Assembly (NCBI GenBank): GCA_035513155.1
Contig: DATKCO010000019.1
Location: forward strand, 3,576-67,575
Origin: Gemmatimonadota bacterium
GTDB taxonomy: Bacteria; Gemmatimonadota; Gemmatimonadetes; JACCXV01; JAHWKZ01
Direction: 5' to 3'
Length of the DNA stretch: 64,000 nucleotides
Numbering within the stretch: the first letter of the stretch is position 1; each line of letters starts with the position of its first letter. Of the stretch, positions 46,253 through 54,474 are shown piece by piece. Made by a program: the position numbers and the translations under genes. The notes beneath the pieces were generated by a model, which had not been told where the DNA came from, searched no databases, and saw only the letters and a list, made by a program, of their open reading frames with translations.

Positions 46253-46696
46253 ATGCGAGCCATCATCGAGACGGGCGGCAAGCAGTTCGCCGTCGCCCCG
46301 AACCAGACGATCCGCGTCCCCTCCATGGCGGGCGATCCCGGGGACGAGGTCACGTTCGAGCGGGTGCTGTACGCGGCCGGCGACGACGCCGTCCACCTGG
46401 GCGACCCGCATCTTTCGGGGGCTTCGGTCACGGCCGAGATCGTGAAGCACGGGCGGGGCAAGAAGATCACGGTCTTCAAGTACAAGCGCCGCAAGCGATA
46501 CAGCCGCAAGAAGGGCCATCGGCAGGGATTCACCGAGCTGCGCGTGACCGGAGTCAGCCTGGACGAAGCGCGGGCCGCCGCGGCCGCCGGGACCGAATCC
46601 GACGCCGGGTCCGCGGCCTTCGTCTGCGAGGACTGCGGCAAGGAGTACAAGACCGAGCGCGGGCTCCAGCAGCACGTGGCCCGGGAGCACGCCTAG
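46253..46696 (+). CDS. rplU: 50S ribosomal protein bL21 with C-terminal C2H2 zinc-finger-like extension
   Basis: 147 aa. The N-terminal ~105 aa are bL21-like ([12 protein letters not shown]..., [16 protein letters not shown]). The tail is [25 protein letters not shown]. Confidence 0.9.
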   Translation: MRAIIETGGKQFAVAPNQTIRVPSMAGDPGDEVTFERVLYAAGDDAVHLGDPHLSGASVTAEIVKHGRGKKITVFKYKRRKRYSRKKGHRQGFTELRVTGVSLDEARAAAAAGTESDAGSAAFVCEDCGKEYKTERGLQQHVAREHA

Positions 46697-46730
46697 CCGG
46701 CGTGCGGTAGCGAAAAGCGAGGAGAAGGAA

Positions 46731-46988
46731 ATGGCACACAAGAAGGGACAGGGCGCGTCGCGGAACGGGCGCGACTCTCCGGGCCAGCGGCTCGGGGTCA
46801 AGAAGTTCGGCGGCGAGCGCGTGCGGACGGGTCACATCCTGGTCCGCCAGCGAGGTACGCGCATCCATCCCGGCCTCAACGTCGGCCGCGGCAAGGACGA
46901 CACGCTGTTCGCGCTGATCGACGGCGTCGTCGAATACCGGCGACGGGGCGGGAACCGCCAGCACGTCTCCGTGCTGGAAGTGGAGTAG
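46731..46988 (+). CDS. rpmA: 50S ribosomal protein bL27
   Basis: 85 aa beginning [16 protein letters not shown], with the GNILVRQRG-like motif HILVRQRGT. Confidence 0.95.
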   Translation: MAHKKGQGASRNGRDSPGQRLGVKKFGGERVRTGHILVRQRGTRIHPGLNVGRGKDDTLFALIDGVVEYRRRGGNRQHVSVLEVE

Positions 46989-47917
46989 TGTCGACGAAGA
47001 TCACGGTCGTCGGCGCCGGCCACGTCGGCGCCACCACCGCCCAGCGCCTCGCCGAGCTGTCGATCGTCAACGAAATCGTCCTGATCGACATCATCGAGGG
47101 GATGCCCAAGGGCAAGGCCCTCGACCTCTGGGAGGCCGCTCCCGTGGTCGGGTACGACACCCGCCTCTCCGGGGGAACCGACTACGCCCTCGCAGACGGC
47201 TCCCAGGTCGTGATCATCACTGCGGGACTCGCCCGCAAGCCCGGCATGAGCCGGGACGACCTCCTCAAGAAGAACGCCGAGATCGTCCAGGGCGTCGCGC
47301 GCGAGATCGCGGAGCGCTGCCCGGAGGCCATCGTCCTCGTCGTCTCGAATCCGCTCGACGTCATGTCGTACGTGACGCTGAAGACGACCGGCTTCGACCG
47401 GAAGCGCGTCATCGGGATGGCGGGCGTGCTCGACACCGCCCGCTTCCGCTCCTTCATCGCGCTCGAGCTCGACGTGTCGGTCCGGGACGTGAGCGCGTTC
47501 GTCCTCGGCGGGCACGGGGACTCGATGGTGCCGCTGCCGCGCTACTCGACCGTAGCCGGGATTCCGCTCCCCCACCTGCTGTCGGAGGAGCGGATCGAGG
47601 CCCTGGTGGATCGCACCCGGAAGGGTGGCGGCGAGATCGTCGAGCTGCTGGGAAGCGGGAGCGCGTTCTACGCGCCCTCGGCCGCGGTCGTCGAGATGGC
47701 CGAGGCCATCCTGCGGGACCGCAACCGGATCCTCCCCTGCGCCGCATGGCTCCAGGGGGAGTACGGCCTCTCCGACGTCTTCGTGGGCGTGCCGGTCAAG
47801 CTCGGCGCAGGCGGCCTCAAGGAGATCGTGGAGATCGAGCTCACCGGAGAAGAGAAGAAGGCGCTCCACGCCTCGGCCGCGCACGTCAAGGAGACGATGT
47901 CCAAGCTGGATCTCTGA
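46988..47917 (+). CDS. mdh: malate dehydrogenase (LDH-like family)
   Basis: 309 aa with [23 protein letters not shown] has the specificity Arg typical of MDH. The GTG start shares 1 nt with the rpmA stop. Confidence 0.9.
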   Translation: MSTKITVVGAGHVGATTAQRLAELSIVNEIVLIDIIEGMPKGKALDLWEAAPVVGYDTRLSGGTDYALADGSQVVIITAGLARKPGMSRDDLLKKNAEIVQGVAREIAERCPEAIVLVVSNPLDVMSYVTLKTTGFDRKRVIGMAGVLDTARFRSFIALELDVSVRDVSAFVLGGHGDSMVPLPRYSTVAGIPLPHLLSEERIEALVDRTRKGGGEIVELLGSGSAFYAPSAAVVEMAEAILRDRNRILPCAAWLQGEYGLSDVFVGVPVKLGAGGLKEIVEIELTGEEKKALHASAAHVKETMSKLDL

Positions 47918-47937
47918 CGCCGTACGGGAGACGCCGC

Positions 47938-48588
47938 TTGCCGACCACCGCCGAAACGCACGCCGCCGCCGTCTCCGCCACCCGGCGCCAGTTCCTCCTG
48001 CGCCGGCTCCACTCGCTGTCCGGCATCGTCCCCATCGGCCTCTACGTCCTGTTCCACCTCGGGGTCAACGCGTTCGCCGCCAGCGGCCCCGAGAAGTACA
48101 ACGAGATCGCGGAGTTCCTCGAGAGCCTGCCGTACCTGCTGGCCATCGAGATCCCGTTCATCTGGCTCCCGATCCTGTACCACTCCATCTACGGGATCTA
48201 CATCCACGCCACCGGCAAGCCGAATCCGTTCCAGTACGCCTATTCGAACAACTGGCTGTTCTGGCTCCAGCGGTGGTCGGGGATCGTGACGCTCGTGTTC
48301 ATCGGCTGGCACTTCTGGCAGACGCGGCTCGCGAGCTACCTCTACGGCTCCGTCATCGAGTTCCAGATGATGGCGGACATCCTCTCCGATCCGGGCTGGC
48401 TCGCCTTCTACGTCGTCGGCATGGTCGCCGTGTCGTTCCATCTCGGCAATGGGCTGCGCACGTTCCTGCTCACGTGGGGTGGCGTGGTCGGAGACCACGC
48501 GCGCCGCACGATCGCCCGCGCGTGCGCCGTCTTCGGCGTCCTCGTCCTCGTCTTCGCCCTGGCCACGATCTGGGCGTTCATCCGATGA
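47938..48588 (+). CDS. sdhC: succinate dehydrogenase/fumarate reductase cytochrome b subunit (b558, 5-TM type)
   Basis: TTG start behind gggaga (start uncertain). About 216 aa with 5 hydrophobic helices carrying conserved His. ATGA overlap with sdhA. Confidence 0.75.
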   Translation: MPTTAETHAAAVSATRRQFLLRRLHSLSGIVPIGLYVLFHLGVNAFAASGPEKYNEIAEFLESLPYLLAIEIPFIWLPILYHSIYGIYIHATGKPNPFQYAYSNNWLFWLQRWSGIVTLVFIGWHFWQTRLASYLYGSVIEFQMMADILSDPGWLAFYVVGMVAVSFHLGNGLRTFLLTWGGVVGDHARRTIARACAVFGVLVLVFALATIWAFIR

Positions 48589-50339
48589 GCGCCGGGCCTC
48601 GCTACGTGGTCGTGGGCGGGGGCCTGGCCGGCCTCATGACGACGATCCGGATCGCCGAGCAGGGGTATCCGGTGGATCTCTTCAGCCTGGTCCGGGTGAG
48701 CCGCAGCCACTCCGTGTGCGCGCAGGGGGGGATCAACGCGGCGGTGAACACCATGGGCGAGGGCGACTCCCCCTGGATCCACCTGGACGACACCGTGTAC
48801 GGCGGGGACTTCCTCGCCAACCAGCCCCCCGTCAAGGAGATGACCGAGGCCGCGCCGGCGATCATCAATCTCTACGACCGCATGGGAGTGATGTTCAACC
48901 GGACCCCCGAAGGGCTGCTCGACTTCCGCCGCTTCGGCGGGACCAAGGTCCATCGCACGGCCTATGCCGGCGCCACCACCGGGCAGCAGCTCATGTACGC
49001 GCTCGACCAGCAGGTCCGGCGCTACGAGGAGCAGGGGCTGGTCACCAAGTACGAGGGATGGGAGTTCCTGCGCGCGGTCGTCGACGGCGGCGGAGTGGCC
49101 CGCGGGATCGTTGCGCTGGACCTGGCCTCGATGGAGTTTCGCTCCTTCCGGGGGGATGCGGTCATGATCGCCACCGGGGGACCGGGAGTCGTCTTCGGCC
49201 GCAGCACGAACTCGATCCTCAACACGGGCGCGGCGAACTCGAACCTCTATCAGCAGGGCGCGAAGTACGCGAACGGGGAGTTCGTGCAGATCCATCCGAC
49301 CGCGATCCCCGGGCGCGACAAGCGGCGGCTGATCTCCGAGAGCGTCCGCGGCGAGGGGGGCCGCGTCTGGGTGCCGCGCGACGGCGGGCGCTGGTACTTC
49401 CTCGAGGAATGGTATCCGGCCTATGGGAACCTGGTCCCGCGGGACGTCGCCGCCCAGGCGATCTACAAGGTCGTCTACGACATGGGCCTCGGCGTCGACG
49501 GGCAGGAAGCCGTGTATCTCGACGTCACCCACAAGGACCCCCAGGAGCTCGACGTCAAGCTGGGCGGCGTGCTCGAGATCTACGAGAAGTTCATGGGCGA
49601 GGACCCGCGCGAGGTGCCGATGAAGGTGTTCCCCGCGGTCCACTACTCGATGGGCGGCCTGTGGGTCGACTACGACCTGATGACCTCGATCCCGGGCGTG
49701 TTCAGCGGGGGAGAGGCGAACTACGAGTACCACGGCGCCAACCGGTTGGGGGCCAACGCTCTCGTCTCGTGCACGTTCGACGGCATGAAGGGGGGCCCCC
49801 GGATGATCGCCTATGTCGGAGGGCTCGAGAGCGTGGCGGCGGACGCCCCGTCCTCCCTATTCGACGAAGCGGTGGCGGAGCAGCGGAGCCGCCTCGAGGG
49901 GGTGTACGCGATGACCTCCGGCGCGGAGAACCCCTACGCCCTCCACGAGGAGCTGGGCGACTGGATGACCCGCTACTGTACCGTGATCCGGGAGGAGGAG
50001 AAGCTCCGCAAGACCGACGCGAAGATCGGCGAGCTTATGGATCGCTGGAGCGATGTGGCGCTCCCCGACGCGGGGGAGTGGGTCAACCAGTCGGTCGTCT
50101 TCACCCGGCAGCTGTGGGACATGCTGGAGCTGGCCCGGGTGATGGTGCGGGGGGCGATCGCGCGGAAGGAGAGCCGCGGAGTCCACCTGCGGCCCGACTA
50201 TCCGGAGCGCGACGACGACGAATGGCTCAAGACGACGATCGCCGAGTGGACGCCCGACGGCCCGCGGCTGTCGTACGAGTCCGTGGAGGTGTCGCTGGTG
50301 CAACCGCGGCCGCGCCAGTACAAGAAGGACATCCGATGA
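48585..50339 (+). CDS. sdhA: succinate dehydrogenase flavoprotein subunit
   Basis: Internal ATG. 584 aa with VVGGGLAGL, RSHSVCAQGGIN (FAD-histidyl site) and HYSMGGLWVD motifs. Confidence 0.93.
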   Translation: MSAGPRYVVVGGGLAGLMTTIRIAEQGYPVDLFSLVRVSRSHSVCAQGGINAAVNTMGEGDSPWIHLDDTVYGGDFLANQPPVKEMTEAAPAIINLYDRMGVMFNRTPEGLLDFRRFGGTKVHRTAYAGATTGQQLMYALDQQVRRYEEQGLVTKYEGWEFLRAVVDGGGVARGIVALDLASMEFRSFRGDAVMIATGGPGVVFGRSTNSILNTGAANSNLYQQGAKYANGEFVQIHPTAIPGRDKRRLISESVRGEGGRVWVPRDGGRWYFLEEWYPAYGNLVPRDVAAQAIYKVVYDMGLGVDGQEAVYLDVTHKDPQELDVKLGGVLEIYEKFMGEDPREVPMKVFPAVHYSMGGLWVDYDLMTSIPGVFSGGEANYEYHGANRLGANALVSCTFDGMKGGPRMIAYVGGLESVAADAPSSLFDEAVAEQRSRLEGVYAMTSGAENPYALHEELGDWMTRYCTVIREEEKLRKTDAKIGELMDRWSDVALPDAGEWVNQSVVFTRQLWDMLELARVMVRGAIARKESRGVHLRPDYPERDDDEWLKTTIAEWTPDGPRLSYESVEVSLVQPRPRQYKKDIR

Positions 50340-51166
50340 GCCCGCCGGAGAGCCCGAAGACCGACATGGACATCGAGATCCCGGGGCCGGGGGTGGGGGG
50401 CCAGCGCGAACGCTCCGAGGGGACCGTGCGGCTGACGGTCAGGCGCCAGGATGCCCCCGGCGGGGAGCCCTACTGGCAGGGGTTCGTGGTGCCCCGCTTC
50501 CCGAACATGAACGTGGTCGAATGCCTGATGGAGATCCGCAAGAACCCGATCGACGCCGAGGGGAAGCGGACGACCCCGGTGGCGTGGGCGGCCAACTGCC
50601 TGGAGGAGGTGTGCGGGATCTGCACGATGCGGGTGAACGGGAAGGTGCGGCAGTCGTGCGCCGCGCTGATCCAGGACCTCGAGGAGCCGATCCGCCTGGA
50701 GCCGATGGAGAAGTTCCCGGTCAAGCGCGACCTCGTGATCGATCGCGACCGCCTGTTCGCCGCCTACCGAAGGGTCAAGGCATGGGTCCCGATCGACGGC
50801 ACCCACGACCTCGGGCCCGGCCCGCGGATCCCGGAGAGCGAGCGCGAGGAGGGGTACTGGCTGTCGCGCTGCATCTCGTGCGGGGCGTGCGTCGACGCCT
50901 GCCCCCAGGTGGTGGTGGAGGCCGACACCCCGTTCGTCGGCGCGGCTCCGATCTCGTGGGCGCGCCTCATGAACATCCACCCGACCGGGGAGATGAACGC
51001 CGAGGAGCGCTACGACGCGCTCATGGGCCCCGGCGGGATCTCCGACTGCGGCAAGGCGATGAACTGCGTCGAGGTGTGTCCCAAGTCGATCCCGCTGATG
51101 GAGTCGATCGCCTCGATGAACCGCCAGATCACGCGGCACCTGCTGGTGGACTGGCTCAGGGATTGA
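50336..51166 (+). CDS. sdhB: succinate dehydrogenase iron-sulfur subunit
   Basis: Internal ATG (ATGA overlap). 276 aa with Cys clusters CLEEVCGICTMRVNG, CISCGACVDACP and CVEVCP. Confidence 0.9.
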   Translation: MSPPESPKTDMDIEIPGPGVGGQRERSEGTVRLTVRRQDAPGGEPYWQGFVVPRFPNMNVVECLMEIRKNPIDAEGKRTTPVAWAANCLEEVCGICTMRVNGKVRQSCAALIQDLEEPIRLEPMEKFPVKRDLVIDRDRLFAAYRRVKAWVPIDGTHDLGPGPRIPESEREEGYWLSRCISCGACVDACPQVVVEADTPFVGAAPISWARLMNIHPTGEMNAEERYDALMGPGGISDCGKAMNCVEVCPKSIPLMESIASMNRQITRHLLVDWLRD

Positions 51167-51167
51167 T

Positions 51168-51191
51168 GCCCGAGCTCAGAGGCGCTCGGGC
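51168..51191. terminator. shared hairpin between convergent sdhB and the cupin gene
   Basis: gcccgagc (51168-51175) pairs with gctcgggc (51184-51191) across an 8-nt loop. It overlaps the cupin stop codon. No U-tract. Confidence 0.35.
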
Positions 51192-51544
51192 TCGTCCACC
51201 GTCCGCTCGTCCCGCACGTTCCCCGTGTTGAGGGTTCCCGCCGGCTCGAACAGCAGGACATGGACCTCGCCCGCGGCGACCGGCCGGTGCTCGACGCCGC
51301 GCGGCACGACGACCATCTGACCCGGCCCCAGCTCGACCGCCCCGTCCCGGAGCTCGATCCGCAGCTGCCCCTCGAGCACGAGGAACAGCTCGTCCTCGTC
51401 CACGTGGGCGTGCCATACGAACTCTCCCTCCAGCTTGGCGAGCTTGACGTGCTGGCCGTTGAGCTCGGCGACGACGCGCGGGCTCCAGCGCTCGTCGAAG
51501 CGCCCGAGCTTCTCCCGCAGGTCGATCCGCTCCACGCCGGTCAA
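51176..51544 (-). CDS. cupin-domain protein
   Basis: 122 aa with the two-motif cupin pattern ([16 protein letters not shown]...PRGVEHRP). ATGA overlap with the upstream gene. Confidence 0.75.
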   Translation of the reverse strand: MTGVERIDLREKLGRFDERWSPRVVAELNGQHVKLAKLEGEFVWHAHVDEDELFLVLEGQLRIELRDGAVELGPGQMVVVPRGVEHRPVAAGEVHVLLFEPAGTLNTGNVRDERTVDEPERL

Positions 51545-52254
51545 CGGTCGTCGCCCGCGCCGGGTTTCGCGGCCTCGCCCGGCGTCTCGATGAAGGTCGC
51601 GATCTCGGCGAGCTCCTTGCGCCCGATGTCCGGGATCGTGGCGTCGGGTGCGGGATGGCCGGCGACCACGAGCAGGAACGGGCGCTCGTTGCGCGGCCGG
51701 CCGAGGATGTCGCTCAGGAACCCCATCGGGCTGGGAGTGTGGGTCAGCGTGACGAGCCCCGCGTGGTGGAGGGCGGTCAGCAGGATGCCGGTCGCCAGGC
51801 CGACCGACTCGATGGCGTAGTAGTGGGCCAGCTTACGGCCGTCGTCCCCGATCCCGTGGCGCTGGACGAAGACGGCGATCAGCCAGGGAGCGACCTCGAG
51901 GAAGGGTTTCTCCTCGTCGGTGCCGAGCGGCTCGAGGGCCGCCAGCCATTCGGGTGGGGCCCGATGTGCGTAGAACTCCCGCTCCTCGGCCTCGGCCGCC
52001 GCGCGGATGCGCGCCTTGACCCCGGGCTCGGAAACGGCCACGAAGTGCCAGGGCTGGAGGTTGGCCCCGCTGGGGGCGCTGCCCGCCGCGCGCAGGCACT
52101 CCTCGATCACCTCGCGCGGCACGGGGAGGGACGAGAAGTCACGCACCGTGCGGCGGCGCGACACTTCGGCCCGGAAGTCCGCCGCGCGCCGCAGCATCTC
52201 TCCGGGCGCGCGCTCCCGATGCGCGCCGAGGGGGACCCGGGGCTCCGGCGTCAC
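51541..52254 (-). CDS. nitroreductase-superfamily flavoprotein, iodotyrosine-deiodinase-like subfamily
   Basis: Internal GTG (GTGA overlap with the upstream stop). 237 aa with [23 protein letters not shown]...[20 protein letters not shown] and LGRP...VPD segments. These parallel my recollection of animal IYD. Confidence 0.6.
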   Translation of the reverse strand: MTPEPRVPLGAHRERAPGEMLRRAADFRAEVSRRRTVRDFSSLPVPREVIEECLRAAGSAPSGANLQPWHFVAVSEPGVKARIRAAAEAEEREFYAHRAPPEWLAALEPLGTDEEKPFLEVAPWLIAVFVQRHGIGDDGRKLAHYYAIESVGLATGILLTALHHAGLVTLTHTPSPMGFLSDILGRPRNERPFLLVVAGHPAPDATIPDIGRKELAEIATFIETPGEAAKPGAGDDR

Positions 52255-52790
52255 CGCAGGTAGTCGGACGGGATCGGGACGCCCTCCCGCTCGCTGTCCC
52301 ACGTCGCGTGGGTGATCCACCACCGGTCGCCGTCGTGGAACAGGTGGATGCCGTTGATCCCGCGCCCCGTGGAGCCATCGCCCGCGGTCCACTCGTAGGT
52401 GCTCCAGACATGGGCGATGGCACCGAAGCGCCGAGTGTCGCGATGGATCTCCCGCTCGACGAAGCCGGTCTCCACCAGCCAGCGGTCGGAGCGGTTCACG
52501 AACTCCTGCTTGGGAATGGTGCGCGCGGCCGGGCGGCCGTCCTGGTTCACCTCGACGATCGTGAAGAAGATCGGCTCCAGGTAGAGGGTCGCGTCACGGC
52601 CCCAGTCGCGCGGCTGCCCGGCCGGGCCGGAGATCACGTCGTAGAAGGCGTCGACGATGCCGTCGATCGTCTCGACGTCGGCCGGCAGGGGGGCGACGTC
52701 CGGAACGGCCACGGACGGGGCCTCCTGGCCCGCGGCGGGGAGAGCTGCGATGAGCAGCGCCAGCGGAGCGGCTGCGATTCGGATCGACAT
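52251..52790 (-). CDS. secreted NTF2-like (SnoaL/DUF4440-type) protein
   Basis: 179 aa with signal peptide [12 protein letters not shown]2-like pattern ([11 protein letters not shown] ... [17 protein letters not shown]). Confidence 0.5.
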   Translation of the reverse strand: MSIRIAAAPLALLIAALPAAGQEAPSVAVPDVAPLPADVETIDGIVDAFYDVISGPAGQPRDWGRDATLYLEPIFFTIVEVNQDGRPAARTIPKQEFVNRSDRWLVETGFVEREIHRDTRRFGAIAHVWSTYEWTAGDGSTGRGINGIHLFHDGDRWWITHATWDSEREGVPIPSDYLR

Positions 52791-52946
52791 CGGAAGGGGT
52801 CTCCGTGTCCGGCGGGTTCGACCCCGCTCCCGCAGCCGGAGCGCGTGGAGCGGTTAGCGTCGGGTGGGGCGAGATGGTACTGTATCGCCCGCTCGCCCGC
52901 GGCGCTCGCGGTCGGGTCGCGAGCCGCCGTATCCCGGGTCGAGAGC

Positions 52947-52975
52947 TTGGCATTGTGAAACTTTTCACATACATT
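52947..52975 (+). promoter_or_regulatory. nuo promoter with a CRP/FNR-type palindrome in the spacer
   Basis: TTGGCA (52947-52952), 17-nt spacer, TACATT (52970-52975). The spacer contains TGTGA-aacttt-TCACA (52954-52969). The ATG at 52984 lies 8 nt after the -10 box and has no SD. Confidence 0.55.
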
Positions 52976-52983
52976 CGCCGCCC

Positions 52984-53343
52984 ATGCTGACCGAGTATCT
53001 GCCCGTCCTCTTCCTGCTCTTCCTGGGCCTGGCGGTCGGGGCCGTCATGCTCGCCCTCTCGGGGTGGCTGGGGCCGCGGACGCGGCGGGCGACGATCCAC
53101 GATTCACCCTACGAGTGTGGCATCGTGCCGACCGGGGACGCACGTCAGCGGTTCGACGTCAAGTTCTACCTGGTCGCGATGCTCTTCATCCTGTTCGACG
53201 TCGAGATCGTGTTCCTGTTCCCGGGGGCCGTCCTGTTCCACACCCTGGGAGGCTTGGAGCTGCTGGGACTCGTCCTGTTCCTTGCGATCCTCGTGGTCGG
53301 CCTCGTCTACGAGTGGCGGAAGGGAGCCCTGGAATGGGACTGA
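52984..53343 (+). CDS. nuoA: NADH-quinone oxidoreductase subunit A
   Basis: Internal ATG. 119 aa with 3 TM helices and [22 protein letters not shown] motifs. Confidence 0.9.
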   Translation: MLTEYLPVLFLLFLGLAVGAVMLALSGWLGPRTRRATIHDSPYECGIVPTGDARQRFDVKFYLVAMLFILFDVEIVFLFPGAVLFHTLGGLELLGLVLFLAILVVGLVYEWRKGALEWD

Positions 53344-53909
53344 AGGATGCCCTCGTCCATCCGGACGCGCCTCACGTGGAGGAGCCCGATCCTTCGCGGA
53401 GCGTGTTCACGACGGCGCTCGACAAGATGGTGCGCTGGGCCCGGGCGGGATCGCTCTGGCCGCTCCCGTTCGGCACCGCGTGCTGCGCGATCGAGTTCAT
53501 GTCGGTGGTCTCCTCGCACTACGACCTGGCGCGGTTCGGCGCCGAGGTCGTGCGGTTCAGCCCGCGCCAGTCGGACATGATGATCGTGGCCGGCACCGTG
53601 GTCGACAAGCAGGCCCCGATCCTCAAGCTGATCTACGAACAGATGTGCGAGCCGAAGTGGGTCATCTCGATGGGAGTGTGCGCCTCGTCGGGCGGCTTCT
53701 ACCGGGCGTATCACGTGATGCAGGGGATCGACGAGATCGTGCCCGTCGACGTCTACGTCGCCGGCTGCCCGCCGACGCCGGAGGGCCTCATCTACGCGAT
53801 CATCAAGCTGCAGGAGAAGATCGAGCGGGGGGAGCCGTCCCGCTACCAGGATATCGCCGCCGAGCGTCGGGCCGCCGACCCTGCGAAGCACGAGCTGGTC
53901 GGGACCTAG
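53334..53909 (+). CDS. nuoB: NADH-quinone oxidoreductase subunit B
   Basis: Internal ATG. 191 aa with [21 protein letters not shown] and GCPPTPE motifs. Confidence 0.93.
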   Translation: MGLKDALVHPDAPHVEEPDPSRSVFTTALDKMVRWARAGSLWPLPFGTACCAIEFMSVVSSHYDLARFGAEVVRFSPRQSDMMIVAGTVVDKQAPILKLIYEQMCEPKWVISMGVCASSGGFYRAYHVMQGIDEIVPVDVYVAGCPPTPEGLIYAIIKLQEKIERGEPSRYQDIAAERRAADPAKHELVGT

Positions 53910-53912
53910 ATC

Positions 53913-54467
53913 GTGGCCGGGCCCGTGGCCGAGAACCTGCGCCGGCGCTTCGGGGACGACCTGCAGCGCGTCATCGACGAGCGCGGGGAGCTGACCGTGT
54001 GGGTGGACCGCTCGCGCGTCCACGAGGTCCTGGAGCACTGCAAGCGGGATCCGGAGCTCGCGTTCTCGTTCTGCATGGACGTCACGGCGGTCGACTACCT
54101 TCCGCTGGGGGTCACGCCGCGTTTCGCGGTGGTCTATCACCTCTACTCGCTCGCGACCGGCCACCGGATCCGTATCAAGACCGGAGTCCCGGAGGACGAT
54201 CCGGTGGTCGACACGGCCGTCGACGTGTGGAAGTCGACGGACTGGTTCGAGCGCGAGGTGTACGACATGTTCGGCATCCGCTTCGAGGGTCATCCGAACA
54301 TGAAGCGGATCCTGTGCCACCAGGACTTCCAGGGCCATGCCCTGCGGAAGGACTACCCCGCCGATCTGCGCTGGAAGCTGATGCGGCCGGACGATCTCGT
54401 GGACGAGATCTCCGCGGACGAGATGAAGCGCATCCGCGCCCGTGTGACCCGCCCGATCTCGGAATAG
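53913..54467 (+). CDS. nuoC: NADH-quinone oxidoreductase subunit C
   Basis: 184 aa with WFEREVYDMFGIRFEGHP motif. Confidence 0.9.
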   Translation: MAGPVAENLRRRFGDDLQRVIDERGELTVWVDRSRVHEVLEHCKRDPELAFSFCMDVTAVDYLPLGVTPRFAVVYHLYSLATGHRIRIKTGVPEDDPVVDTAVDVWKSTDWFEREVYDMFGIRFEGHPNMKRILCHQDFQGHALRKDYPADLRWKLMRPDDLVDEISADEMKRIRARVTRPISE

Positions 54468-54474
54468 GGGAGCG

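Noticed and set aside
52941-52975. Possible sigma54 (-24/-12) promoter because of TTGGCA upstream of nuoA
   Set aside because: The GG-N10-GC spacing test fails: positions 52961-52962 are CT, not GC. The sigma70-like TTGGCA-17-TACATT reading fits better.
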